A stretch of 64,000 nt of DNA, from positions 30,752,001 through 30,816,000 of the forward strand of contig NC_043017.1 of NCBI RefSeq assembly GCF_006345805.1. Direction: 5' to 3'. A program made the position numbers and the translations under genes. Source of the DNA: Octopus sinensis. Taxonomy: Eukaryota. Shown here one piece after another: positions 25,806 through 39,489 of the stretch (the stretch's first letter is position 1; each line of letters begins with the position of its first letter). The notes under the pieces were generated by a model, which saw only the letters and a list, made by a program, of their open reading frames with translations, searched no databases and was not told the DNA's origin.

Positions 25806-26516
25806 AATTATAAATATACATATATTTTTATGTGTGTGTGTGTGTGTGTGTATAAATATCCATTGTAATTATCTTTTCCACTTTTCCTTTTCTTTCTGTT
25901 TCTATTAATATATTTTTCCGTGTAAGTAGTTAGAGGTACCCATTTGCTTTTATGTTCATTACCACTATAACTTTTACTGCGACTCTTACAACTGGAATTA
26001 CTTGTAAATTCCAGTTCTCGACATCTTATCTTATTCTATTATTTTGATATAAGCTCATTTTACTCTATATATTTTTCAATCAAACCTAGAAGATAATGAT
26101 TTAAAAGAACTCTTTCGATTCACTAATTACTATATTTTCCTGTAATTCTCAAATCGGATTTCATCACTTCTAAACCTTTATTTTAGAAGGAGTTTCCGAA
26201 GAGCTTCGATAGGTTGAATAAAATATATACGTTAATTGCATACACCTATGCAGATACAAATTCATATGTACTTACATGCACGCACACATAAATACATATA
26301 TATATACATACACACATATGTATATATCTATATGTTTGTGTTTTGTTATGCGTTTGTTGTTGGTTTTCATGCTGTGTGCATTTCCTATTTCAGGTGCGTG
26401 GGTATTAGTATTATTTAGGGCTTCGCCAGGTGTCGACTTGATTTTTCCTTTACCCGGCCCTACTTGGTGTTTCATTGTTATAAGGTGCATGTTATGTTGA
26501 ATATTGCATCGGTTTG

Positions 26517-26900
26517 TGGAGGCGCAATGGCCCAGTGGTTAGGGCAGCGGACTCGCTGTCGTAGGATCGCGGTTTCGATTCCCAGACCGGGCGTTGTGAG
26601 TGTTTATTGAGCGAAAACACCTAAAGCTCCACGAGGCTCCGGCAGGGATGGTGGTAATCCCTGCTGTACTCTTTCACCACCACTTTCTCTCACTCTTACT
26701 TCCTGTTTCTGTTGTACCTGTATTTCAAAGGGCCGGTCTTGTCACTCTCTATGTCACGCTGAGTATCCCCGAGAATTACGTTAAGGGTACACGTCTCTGT
26801 GGAGTGCTCAGCCACTTACACGTTAATTTCACGAGCAGGCTGTTCCGTTGATCGGATCAACCGGAACCCTCGTCGCCGTAACTGACGAAGTACTTCCATT
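26517..26900 (+). mobile_element. tRNA-headed SINE (family C head, different 3' body)
   Basis: GGAGGCGCAATGGCCCAGTGGTTAGG..GGTTTCGATTCCCAGACCGGGCG..AAACACCTAAAGCTCCACG. Confidence 0.8.
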
Positions 26901-27309
26901 CCATTGTATCGTTCGCTGATAGTCGTGATATTTTCGTGGCTATGTTCCTAACTATTCCTTTGGTTAAGGATCGTGGATCCTTGGACTGTACATTTATGTA
27001 TCTAAGACATTAATTCGGCTTGTGGTATGGTTTGTCCATCCTTATTTTTATGTCAAAATTAGAATCAAAGAAATTTACCTTACGGTGATAACTGTCTATT
27101 CTTATCGTTATGCAGGAATTTTAAAAATAATTCGCGTTATTTCTGTTCCTGTATCTCTCTATTTGAACCTTAGTACATTTATCTATCACGAAGATATCTC
27201 TGTATAGAACACCTAGCTATTTTTAGGCAAGAGGATTTGATGTGGAATAAGATGTAAATTCTTATGATATCTGTGACCTGAGCTGAGCCACGCGATCCCA
27301 ATGGTATAA

Positions 27310-27540
27310 CGGAGGCGAGCTGGCAGAATCGTTAGCACGCCGGGCGAAATGCGTAGCCGTATTTCGTCTGTCGTTACGTTGTTAGTTCAAATTCCGCTGG
27401 GGTCGACTTTGTCTTTCGTCCTTTCGGGGTCGATAAATTAAGTACCAGTTACGCACTGGGGTAGATGTAATCGACTTAATACCTATGTCTGTCCTTGTTT
27501 GCCCCTCTATGTTTAGCCCCTTGTGGTAATAAAGAAATAC
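27310..27540 (+). mobile_element. SINE family A
   Basis: Same head, core and tail as 15373. Confidence 0.88.
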
Positions 27541-27764
27541 GTATAACGGAGGAATTCGTTCTATCTGATCTCGTCCACAGTTTGTTGTAATTAATAACGG
27601 TTCTCGTGCCGTCGGTATTATGTCTTCATCTGACTTAGGCTGGAACATTTCATTGCGAAATATGATTGCTTTATTGAGTGTTATAGGGTTAATTGTGAGT
27701 AGTAGTTATCTGTAGCTAACTGTATAATATGAAGGGTTTATTCTGCTATTTTTTTGTATTTTTT

Positions 27765-27890
27765 AAACCATCCCGTTACCTACTGGGTGTCTGACCAGAA
27801 GGGAAATCGACTTTTGAGTTTGGATATTATGTTATCTATGCCTTGGCTTGTACATCCTATGTCTGATTTCGATGGACATAATTTTATTTG
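27765..27890 (+). pseudogene. Degenerate CUB-like segment
   Basis: YLLGV*PEGKSTFEF..ACTSYV*F / DG. Confidence 0.3.
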
Positions 27891-28480
27891 ACTTTAGGGT
27901 CACCATTAAAGATATTTTTAGCGTCTTTAAGTTTTATCCAAGGTTTTCGACGTCCTATCTTCTATCTCTAGATTTTCATTATTTCATATCATTTCTTATT
28001 TATATTAGTTAAGGTGTTGTTTGATGCATTCTTTTCTATATTCTTTTACTTGTTTCAGTCATTTGACTGCGGCCATGCTTGGGCACATGTTTGCATTTGC
28101 TAATTTTTTGTTCTAATCAAATTATTATATAGTGCGGTGTTTACAATATAAAGGTTACCGGTTTAGTCCAGAGGCACCAGTGTTCCGTTTGGTTTTCAAA
28201 AAACCTCTAGTATTTTTTTTTCAATTTCTGTCGTTTGCTGTTTCTTCTTCGGTATTTCCTGAATTTGATATTCTTTCTTATTTCGTGTGTGTATGTGTTC
28301 AAGCGTTAGTACGTATATGGATCTATATGTTAGCGACCAAATAAATGTGTGCGTAGAGAGATTCGTAAAGGTCAGCTAAGGATGGGCGCATGTAGAAGGA
28401 CAAACTAATAGTTCAAAAAACTGAAATACCAATCCCTTTAAAAGGGCAATCACTTTAATAGTAGCACAATCACCATTCCA

Positions 28481-28877
28481 CTACCCTTTTACTTGTTTCA
28501 AACATTTGACTGTGGCCCTGTTGGAGTACCGCCTTTAGACGAGCAAATCGACCCCAGCACTTATTCTTTGTAAGCTTAGTACTTCCTTTGTCGGTCCCTT
28601 TGCCGAACCGCTCGGTTACGGGGACGTAAACACACCAGCATCGGTTGTCAAGTGATGCTGCGGGGGGGGGACAAACACAGACACATACACACATACATAC
28701 ACATACATATATACGACGAGCTTCTTTCAGTTTCCGTCTACCATATCTACTCAAAAGGCTTTGGTCGGCCCGAGGCTATAGTAGAAGACACTTGCCCAAG
28801 GTGCCACGCGGTGTGACTGTACCCGGAACCATGTGGTTGGTAAGCAAGCTACTTACCACACAGCCACTCCTCCGCCT
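28481..28877 (-). mobile_element. SINE family B, full length
   Basis: Reverse-complement match to other B copies. Confidence 0.88.
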
Positions 28878-29662
28878 ACTACGGCTACACATTCAAAGCA
28901 GTTTTCCAACGGTCCTTCGGCAACGTCACACCATGATAAACTCAGTCACTACTTCTAAATTCAAGCCACATTGGACAGGCTGGATATACTTGAAACAGAC
29001 GATGTGAACTTACGCAGACAATCGCCTGAGGAAACACAACTAGATCCCAAAATGCATGGAAACGGTTACATAATCAAGCACGTGTATACCTGGAGTTCTG
29101 TGGTGTGTGGAAACAATGGTAGTGATTGAAAATAAATGTCCAACTGTACTCCTTCTTGTTGACTCCAAAGCTTTTCAATTATCTATTCACACACGACAGA
29201 TACCCAAACACAAACCTGGATGTGCGTATGATACTACTACTGGATATCACAGTGTGAAATCTGAAGGTGGACGAGCTTCATACCGTATTCTACAACATTG
29301 TAAACAGAATATATATATATATATATATTCATCTGAATGCGTGCATGTCATGTGTATTTGTGCGTGTTTATGTCCATGTGTGTGTTGATAGCGATGGTAA
29401 AATACGACTATTTACGAATGAATATTCCATTTCACAGATTCAAATACGCCCTCCCAAGTAGCAATGAATAAATCATAAGTGACCTCGCTTGCTTGGGAAA
29501 GCAGAAGCATCAAACAGGCTGTAACATCAAGAAAAGTCGTTAACTAGAACGAAAGCTTATTATACATAAGCGAAAATTTCCCCCATTCGATACTTATCGG
29601 TCATATGCTTAATTTTAACATCTGAAATGAGAATCAGTTTAAGATATTTAAATTTTTTCCAG

Positions 29663-30096
29663 GTGATATATAAGCATATATATCTTTATTCACCAAACAC
29701 AGAAATAGTTTTCGTAAACAATTACATATATGAATCTGGATAGATATAAAATTATTAATAAATTAGTCTCACTGAACAAAATAATATATATTTTAATATA
29801 TGAAATCATAAACACAATATAGTAGGAAAATAAAACAATGTATCTTACGTAGAAGAAAAGACATGGCTGGAAGATCACCTCTCACTGAAAGATCCTGATG
29901 GAGGACAACTAAATTACGTCGGCGCGTAACTCAAATATCCTGTTGAAAAAACTCAAAGGTAGTTGAACCAGATTTATGGCGTTTTCCACGGCCCGAAATC
30001 GGCAATGGTAGCCATTACTTAATAGCAAGAAATGAAGGAGGAAAAGAGTCTGAATATCAAGTTGATCCAATTATAAAATGTACAAGGAAACAGCGA
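29663..30096 (+). pseudogene. Degenerate CUB-like exon (TTTTTTCCAG..GTAAGT)
   Basis: HIYLYSPN..NN; WLEDHLSLKDPDGGQLNYVGA*LKYP; strong acceptor and donor; stops in all frames. Confidence 0.4.
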
Positions 30097-31448
30097 GTAA
30101 GTTTAATTATATAACGCAAGCTTATTAACTTGTAACTAGTTTTCTCGAAGGAAACTCGCTTTCGTTAGTTATAGTATTTGGCATCAAATTGAGACATTAA
30201 TTTTCAACTGAATTACAATCTTGAAATAGCTCCAAACGTAATAAGTCATTATGTAAATATATGCTACATATAAATTGTTTAATTAATATTTGAGTACTTT
30301 AAACTCTCCAAGCCACCATCTATAAGATTTTTAGTAATATCAGTCAATAACTGAGTCTACGAACGACGTTAAAATATTATATCTTCTAACCTACGTATCA
30401 AATATTCATGCTTGCTTTCTGCTACGTACATAAGTCATGGCAGAAACTATGAAATTGTATTCGCTATATTGTAAAGAATTTCGCCATATTTGATTTATTA
30501 TTAACCACAACTGATTAGTAACTGTTTAGTTAATGACTTATATTTACATTCCTATTCTCCTATCTCTTTAATCATAAATACTATAATTATGAGAGAATTA
30601 AAATTCATAGTTTTGAATGAAAATTTCATTGACGCATTTGCATCACCGAAAGTCTTTCCTGACCAAATATTAAGTATTTTGCTTTTCGTTTGCATAGTTC
30701 CCTTTAAAAATTTAGTCCAGATAAAACCAAATTACATCTTGTAAAAACTACTGTTGAACGACATAGAAATATTTCCATGTTTATACAAACTGCCCTTGAA
30801 AGAAACAAATTATACCCAAGTATTTTATGAATTTAAGCCACATTTTTAAAACACATGTTTAAACTTGTATTCACTCCATGTTTGATACATACCTATTCAT
30901 ATTTATTTTATACACTAGATTCCACGTCCCCCTACATGGCCTTACTTTTTGCTTTTGAGCCAAAAAATTAACTAACTAACTAACTAACTAGATTCCTCAC
31001 ATGCTAAGCCAGAACTGTTATAACAATACTGAAATGTTTCAAAACTTTTTTTCATTTTAGAGATAAATCAAAACTATGAGTGTCTCAACAACCTAAAAAA
31101 ATACATTCACCTCGTACGTTACCACACAATGTATAACCAGATTTTATTTTCATTTTTATGATCAACGCCATCACATAATACTTCATACGCATGAGCACCA
31201 AAATCTCGGTCGCCTCATCCCCAACGCTATCAGGTATTTTCTATTCCTCTCATTGAAACATTATCTAACGTGTTTTTCGTTTAACTTTAAGATTTTAACA
31301 CAGGCCGACTTGTCAAAAGTCAGATCTTCATCCTCAATCGTTTCTTTAATTTCAGTAATAAGCATCCATTTTCATTCTTTCTTCACAACAATCTGTTCCC
31401 AACTTCTATTTTTCAGTGAATTTATCGAAGAAAACACACACACAAACA

Positions 31449-31518
<70 letters not shown>

Positions 31519-31522
<4 letters not shown>

Positions 31523-31785
31523 GTGAAGAGGAACACACGAGTTAATATATATGAAATAACAAGTAAAGATAGAAAATGCTAAAATAATTTTATAAAGAAC
31601 ATTTCAGTACCGGTTTCGGTCATTTTGAGACCTTTTCAACTGTAACGATTGAATAATTCTTTTAATTTTTCTAAATTTAATTATTTAATCATTACACTTG
31701 AAAAGGTCTCAAAGTGACCGAAAACGGTACTGAAATGTTTTTTATAAAATTATTTTAGCATTCTCTATCTTTACTTGTTTTTTGA
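31519..31785. mobile_element. PLE-like fold-back mini-element (family 2) in (TA)n
   Basis: Inverted arms ~31557-31645 and ~31692-31783, extra left tail 31519-31556, HHR-like motif in each arm. Confidence 0.75.
31605..31642 (-). ncRNA. Minimal HHR with U3-A8 core variant
   Basis: CAG TTGAAAA GGTC-TCAAAAT-GACC GAAAC CG GTA CTG; helix III palindrome ACCGGT. Confidence 0.6.
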
Positions 31786-31870
31786 TATATATATATATAT
31801 ACATATTTACATACATATATATACATGTACACGTATACATATATGTATACATTTATATATATATATATAT

Positions 31871-32121
31871 AATAAAATATTATTAGAGACAAAACCACTA
31901 TTTTGCAAAACAAACAAGGAAGACTTAATCAATACCTAAAATTTTAATAAATAGACTATTTATAAAATTCTATGTATTGATTAAGTCTTTCCTTGTTTGT
32001 TTTGCAAAATAGTGGTTTTGTCTCTAATAATATTTTATAATATTTTACTATAAAATTGGATTTAATCCTAAATCTGATTTTTTTCCCTGTAAATTTGGAT
32101 TTATTCCCTAATATTTATTAT

Positions 32122-32122
<1 letters not shown>
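31871..32122. mobile_element. Miniature fold-back derivative of the 4741-10244 element
   Basis: Arms 31871-31955 and 31956-32039 match 4823-4905; tail 32040-32122 is the reverse complement of 4741-4822. Confidence 0.88.
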
Positions 32123-32168
<46 letters not shown>

Positions 32169-32501
32169 CATTCTTTCATTATTTTACCTATTTCAGTCAT
32201 TTGACTGCGAGTGGGGCTGTGTGTATGTGCGTGTGTCATCCAGTGCATTATTTTAGTGCGAGAAAGAGAGAGGGCGAGAGAGATGAATGAATGACTAGCT
32301 TGCTAGCTAGCTAGCTAAATAGATACATTCATACATACCTACACACATACATGCATACATACATACATACAAACATACATGCATACATACATACATGCAT
32401 ACATGCATACATACATGCATACATACATACATACATACATGCATACATACATACATACATACAAACTTACATACATACATACATACACACATACATACAT
32501 A

Positions 32502-32888
32502 TACTCTTTTACTCTTTTACTTGTTTCAGTCATTTGACTGCGGCCATGCTGGAGCACCGCCTTTAGTCGAGCAACTAGACCCAAGGACTTATTCTTTGTA
32601 AGCCCAGTACTTATTTTATCGGTCTCTTTTGCCGAACCGCTAATTGACGGGGACATAAACACACCCGCATCAGTTGTCAAGCAATGCTAGGGGGACACAC
32701 ACACATATATATATACATATATACGATGGGCTTCTTTCAGTTTCTGTCTACCAAATCCACTCCCAAGGCATTGGTCGGCCCGGGACTGTAGTAGAAAACA
32801 CTTGCCCAAGGTGACACGCAGTGGGACTGAACCCTGAACCATGTCGTTGGTTAGCAACCTACTTACCACACAGCCACTCCTGCGCCTA
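32502..32888 (-). mobile_element. SINE family B, full length
   Basis: Reverse-complement match; tail CTCTTTTACTCTTTTAC. Confidence 0.88.
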
Positions 32889-33189
32889 TATTAGCATTTC
32901 ACATTGAATGACAATAGCACTCTGTATTCCAGAAACGAAGAAAAATAGTGTTCAATGCTCAGCTGCTTGTCCGTTAAACAACATTTCACCGCTGAATTGT
33001 TTTCCTATTTCTGCTAAAAGTATGAGGAGTGCAAAAAGTAATTAATCACGTAATTGAAGTAATTACAAACATCATTGAATATGTTGAGTTCTAATTATGT
33101 TTCTCCTTTTTTTATTATTATTTACCTCTTTAAAGTGTTATCATTTACTCACCCACTGCTGTGCTAAATGCTATGCCAGTCATATTTTT

Positions 33190-33239
<50 letters not shown>

Positions 33240-33269
33240 TATATATTATATAATATATATATATATTAT

Positions 33270-33313
<44 letters not shown>

Positions 33314-33334
33314 ATATTATATAATATATATATT

Positions 33335-33367
<33 letters not shown>

Positions 33368-34084
33368 GTATATATATAATGTATATATATATATATATAT
33401 ATGTATATTTATATATATATACGCATTATATATATATATATATATTGTATATATATATATATGCATACCCACGCATATACACACAGTTAAACACACTCGA
33501 CAAACGTGATCGTGAGAATAAACATCAAGCCTAAAAAATATTTACCGGGGTCGACAGGTTCGACTAAAACCTTTCTAAGGTGTTGTCACAGCGTGGTCCC
33601 AGCTTAAAAACTGAAAAATGTAAGAGAAACAAAATTATGGTATGCACACACGTCAGCGCCACACATGTACACACGTCCATATGCACACTCAAACACGTAC
33701 ACACGACCATACACACACGCATACACACACACTCAAAACGCACGTCACTCCACTCAACGTATACACTAGGTTACTTGTACATATACACATATACAAGCCC
33801 CTGCATTTGCCCTCCCAAATTTGTACACACACATACACTAATACATGAAACACTCAGCAAGGCTACTTATACTCATATCCACACACATGTCCACAAAATT
33901 TTCAGCTCTCCTATACGTACATATTCAAGTACTCACCCTATTCACACACCATTCTCAGATATACATACGCACTTGCGCAACTTAATTTAGTCCAGGTCAC
34001 TGTTATTATCGCCCTTTCATTTGTCTTCTGACTAATTCATCATGTTGATTTTTTTTCATTCTCTCTTCATCGTATTCTCCCCAA

Positions 34085-34123
34085 TCTTTTCTGACCAAGC
34101 GCACAGGTTCGAAACGTCAAAGA
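34085..34123 (+). ncRNA. Decayed minimal HHR (family 3)
   Basis: TCTTTT CTGACCA AGCGCACAGGTTC GAAAC GTC AAAGA; G8 changed to C. Confidence 0.4.
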
Positions 34124-34262
34124 CTGTTCCATTAATTCCGAAACGCTAAACAGATAAACTTGCTTGTTGTTCCTACACCAGTCTTCGTCTTTTGTTTTCT
34201 GATAAATATATATATATATTTATATATATATATATATGTGTGTGTGTGTATGTATATATATG

Positions 34263-34305
<43 letters not shown>

Positions 34306-34360
34306 ATGTGTGTATGTATATATATGCATATATATATACACATTGATATATATATATAAG

Positions 34361-34438
<78 letters not shown>

Positions 34439-35035
34439 GCGAGAAAGAAGCAACAAGAATGGATAGGTTTTTAGTACAATCGTTTCATACAAGGACAGGC
34501 TTTATTAAAAGTTGCAAAAATTGCAGACCCACCTCGTTGTGATTAGCAATGGATAAATTTGTCGTCTGGGAGTATGTAATCCCTCCTCATATCTCTGGAA
34601 ATTCATATGTACACTATGGATTAAGTCACCTTCTCTGTGATGCTATTAAAACTTTTTAAAAATTCTGTGATAAGACTGTACATCATCTTTAAAGAACTTT
34701 AATGAACTTTGGAAATCTGTTTATGTTACTTAATTATCTACATTACTTCATGAGTATAGCCTCAACCACTAGGATGTCTAGAGAACTCACATGTATTTTA
34801 GCTGATGAGTACGGGACACGTTTATATGCTGCAATTTTTGCAACTTTAATAAAGCCTGTCCTTGTATGAAACGATTGTACTAAAAACCTATCCATTCTTG
34901 TTGCTTCTTTCTCGCTTATAATCACCCCACATTACTGTATTGTTAAAACCGTATAGTTTTTTTTTTTGGTGTATCTAAGTTAGGTACCATATTCAAGTAA
35001 ATTCATTTAAATTAACTTGAATCTTTATTGCTCTT

Positions 35036-35037
<2 letters not shown>
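34439..35037 (+). mobile_element. PLE-like fold-back element (family 5) in (TA)n
   Basis: ~88-bp inverted pair 34439-34526/34829-34915, ~120-nt tail, intact HHR. Confidence 0.78.
34796..34885 (+). ncRNA. Type I hammerhead ribozyme, canonical core, long stem II
   Basis: TTTTAG CTGATGA GTACGGGACA..TGTCCTTGTAT GAAAC GATT GTA CTAAAA; 6-bp stem I; cut after A34879. Confidence 0.8.
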
Positions 35038-35079
<42 letters not shown>

Positions 35080-35090
35080 TTTATGTGTGT

Positions 35091-35141
<51 letters not shown>

Positions 35142-35335
35142 TGTATATATTATATGAGTATGCTTGTAAGTATACATAAGAGCGTATTTATATATGTTTG
35201 TGTGCACATTGTAAACTTTAAATATTTGTGGTTTTGTGGCATAACATTGAACGAGTTAAAATCTGAAGCGATTTATTATGATGAGAACGAATTCACATCA
35301 AAGCAAGCTCTCTTTAAAATTTTCTCTTTTGTTAG

Positions 35336-35449
35336 ATTGAAACAAAATGAAACTATTTGCTGCTGCTTCGCTTCTCTATTGCTGCTGAAGTGCTGCTACT
35401 GTCAGTGACACGAGCAATAAAAATCTGTCTTCAGTGAAATCTGTAGCAG
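35336..35449 (+). pseudogene. Candidate signal-peptide exon with in-frame TGA
   Basis: TTTTCTCTTTTGTTAG acceptor; ATG 35347 MKLFAAASLLYCC*SAATVSDTSNKNLSSVKSVA; CAG/GTGAGA phase-1 donor. Confidence 0.45.
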
Positions 35450-36232
35450 GTGAGATTAGTTTCCAGGGGAAATGATACGTCAGTTCATTGATACGTGTAG
35501 TCAGATAGTCTGCATAGAAGTTTTGGTATCGCTTTGTGTTTTGGTGATTGTTCCTCTTTAAAGTTTGAAGTTGCATGTGTGTCTGGAAATTAATTTATAA
35601 TGGTATTGTTGAAACATATTACAATGATTTGAATAGACATGGAGCCAGTGCCATATGTTATTTGATTACTGGACTTGCTTTAGAATATTGAAAGAAAGCG
35701 AAGTTTAGGATGGTAATAACAGAGGTAGACTATCTTTTGAAACAAATGGGAGAGTGTAGCTGTTAGTGTAGAGTCGTGGGGATAGCCAGGATATGGGTGA
35801 TAGAAGGAGAGATATGTGAAGCTCGCTGTTGTTTGTTCGTCGTGGATACATGTGAGACGTGCCAGCCTCGTGAACTTTTGTGGAAAATATGTCCGTTATT
35901 ATTAATTCTGCCCACACTCTACCAGCCAATCACAGCTGATAAAATATTAAAGTCGGAATTCACTTCTGCACTGAAGCAAAATATCTGTCGGTGCTAATAA
36001 TTCCGTTGTATCGAGAAGAAAATTTCTTTTTCGTGTTCGCTTCAAGTTTAAGTGTGTTCAGAGAATTTTTTATTAAAACAAGTGAATCCCCATATTTTAT
36101 TAACGTTATAATGCTGTTTTCTTGACACTTGAGTGGTAACGAGAATATTTAACAACTTGCAAATACAAACATCGGGTGCTGTAGACTCATTTTCTTCCAA
36201 ATATATATATATATAATATATATATATATTAT

Positions 36233-36284
<52 letters not shown>

Positions 36285-36309
36285 GTATATGTTTAATCAT
36301 TTCTTGTTT

Positions 36310-36860
36310 AATGTGACATACCCCAGGAAATTGTGTTCCATTGATAAGATCATTATCATTGTGATATTGCGTTAGAAATTCGTACCCCACTTGCGCTCAG
36401 GACAAGAAAGCCCAACATGAAGTCTTCCGACATTCTAACATCCTTTCTTCAGCAGCTTTGTTACTGCTTTCTTCATTTCCTGGAACGTATTTCGAATCTA
36501 GAAATTGCATAACGTAATGCAAATATCTATCTAGCCAGATAATGAGTATTCACATTTAAAGCACCATTTTGTTCCACCTTCTTATGCGAAATACGCAGAT
36601 CTCTGTCTGAAAATACCCGCTATTTCGGCGTACTGGTCGGAGTCAGATGAAATTTTCCCACCAAAATTGAAGCTCTACCCAGAGCAATGATCCAGGTGGA
36701 GTCTTCTTGTATATTTGACCGAAATACGCAATCTTCAATTCGTTTTGTGCCCATCCTCATCTATGCTCATGAATATTGTGTTCTCCCGAAGAATACATCG
36801 CATAATGTTACGCAACATGAATCGTAGGATTCGTATCTGGGAGTGTCATAAAGTAAAGCT
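36310..36860 (-). pseudogene. Highly degenerate mariner-like relic
   Basis: DSDQYAEI..FRQ and FQEMKKAVTKLL resemble mariner C-terminal blocks; many stops. Confidence 0.35.
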
Positions 36861-36939
36861 CTTACTTCTTCGTATAGCAAAGTGAAGCTTCATTACTATG
36901 GGTATGTGATTAGAATGCCCTAAGAGAGAAATGCAAGAC

Positions 36940-37379
36940 GGTTTCATCAAGCGCTGAGTTGGCAGAAGGGTTAGCACGCCGGGCGAAATGCTTAGCGATA
37001 TTTCGTCTGCCGTTACGTGCTGAGTTCAAATTCCACCGAGGTCGACTTTGCCTTTCACCCTTTTGGGGTCGATTAAATAAGTACCTGTTACGCACTGGGG
37101 TCGATGCAATCGACTTAATCTGTGTGTCTGTCCTTGTTTGTCCTCTCTGTGTTTAGCCCCTTGTGGGTAGTAAAGAAATAGGTATTTCGTCTGTCTTTAC
37201 GTTCTGAGTTCAAACTCCGCCGAGGTCGACTTTGCCTTTCATCCTCTCGGGGTCGATTAAATAAGTACCTGTTACGCACTGGGGTCGATGCAATCGACTT
37301 AATCTGTGTGTCTGTTCTTGTTTGTACCCTCTGTGTTTGGCCCCTTGTGGGTAATAAATAAATAGGTTTCATCAAGCGC
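36940..37379 (+). mobile_element. SINE family A tandem dimer with 15-bp direct repeats
   Basis: GGTTTCATCAAGCGC at 36940-36954 and 37365-37379; second unit starts at the internal GTATTTCGTCTG. Confidence 0.88.
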
Positions 37380-38044
37380 AACTAACAGGCAAGTGATCTT
37401 GTCGACTAAGGACAAGAGGGATTGGATAATTTGAAGAGTAACAGTTGGTCACGCTTGAGAATCCAGCATGAAAGTGGAATGACGGTCGATTCTGATATGA
37501 CACTATATGATTCTACCCGACGAAACTCTGAGATAATGTGCAGATAAAATAGATGGATGGGCAATTACAGTAAATAATTGCCATCATTTGATTTCTAAGT
37601 TCGAATCCCGCAGAAAACGAAAGTCGGTTTTTATCATTCAGGATTCGATATAATCGATTCTATCCCAATATTCTGCTAGCAATGTTATATTAAGAATCAA
37701 TAATTCGCAGTAACCATTACAGTTTTAAAAACAGTTACTGAGATGAATTATTGAAGGGAAAATGTCGAAAATATGTTGTAAAGAATGAGAAACAAATTAA
37801 ACCGAATCAATGAATCGACTTATCTTGCTTAAAATATGCGATTCATTCAAGTCTCTTCGGGGATCATTATGTATACGAAGAGATTCATCAATGACATCTT
37901 TGTGAATGAAGATAACACGAGGGCCACTAATTCAATACGTTAAAAGACTTGTACAGAGATTCAAAAGACAACACATTTCAACAAATTCTATAAATACATT
38001 CATATATGCGTATGCATACTCATGTGTATATACGAATTATACAA

Positions 38045-38158
<114 letters not shown>

Positions 38159-38566
38159 CATGTGTATATAAATATATACATTTATACGTATTTATAAACA
38201 AGTAGAAATATATGTATGGTTATATATGTTATTTTTGCATATATATGCATATAATATTTTTTTGATTATATTGTTCTCATCGTGGAACGCGTAGAAGAGA
38301 AATGAACTCCAATGAGAACAAACTTCACCCTTCAACTGGGAGTCATTAATAAATCGTGAATATCAGGAAAGAAGAGAATGGAGAGTGTTATATCCACTTA
38401 TATCTATAGGTATGTACATATATATATATGTGTGTGTATACATATATATATATATGTGTGTGTGTGTGTGTATGTATATATATATATATATTATATATAT
38501 ATATACATATATATATATACATATATACATATATACATATACACATATGTATATACATATATCTGT

Positions 38567-38660
<94 letters not shown>

Positions 38661-39000
38661 TGTGTGTTTGTGTGTTTGTGTGTGTGTTTGTGTGTGTGTG
38701 TTCTTGTATGAAACAAATACACTGAAATTCCTTGTTTGTGTGTATATATTTGTAAGTGTGTGCACGAGAGAGACAGATAGACAGACAGACAAAGAGGAGA
38801 GAGTTTCTAAATGGAAAGAAGTTCCGAATGTATGCGCTTTTGTTTCTATGACTCCATGTGTACCTATCTATATATGTGTCTGTGTGCTACCTACTGCAGT
38901 TTCACCCATGTTTTGGTTTCAAAATTAGGATTTGAAACCACATGTCCACATGAATACCAATAACGACATATAACATACACTAGAGGTCACTTATTTTTAG

Positions 39001-39150
39001 ATATGTGGTGGCTTTGTCGACCAGTTCGATTGAATTAACAACTACTTACACATTCAGACATTGGAACGGTGAAGGGTATAGTTCACTAGAAAGGAATGAT
39101 ATTTTGTATGATTTGAAGTCAAATCTTACCGAGATTGTTTGTCTTCTTTT
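39001..39150 (+). pseudogene. Degenerate CUB-like exon start
   Basis: TTATTTTTAG then ICGGFVDQFD*INNY (CGG start motif). Confidence 0.3.
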
Positions 39151-39489
39151 CTTTCTTGCTATCGTTGCCCTTAAAATAGAGTTCTGATTAAGTACTGTAC
39201 TCGATTTAAATGGATGACGGCTTGCCCTCTAAGAAAATCTCCTTCTACTTCGTCGCTTTCTTCTTCACCTTACTTCTGTAGTTGTTGCTGCTGCTGCAAC
39301 TGCTGTGGTTGTTGTCGTTGTTGTTCTTCTTATTTTTTTCTTCTTCTTGCTGTTGTTGTTGTTGTTGTTGTTGTTCTTGGTGGTGGTGGAGGTCAGTGTG
39401 GCGATGGTGGTGCCATCGGTTCTTTCTAATATAAGCACAAGGCTTAAAATTTCGTTGCACGACATTCCTCGATTATAATCACCCAAAAG

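Noticed and set aside
35386-35388. TGA as selenocysteine
   Set aside because: It lies in a predicted cleaved leader, and no SECIS is identifiable
35921-35936. NF-Y-like CAGCCAATCACAG box as a promoter
   Set aside because: Single short motif, downstream of the candidate first coding exon, with no supporting TSS evidence
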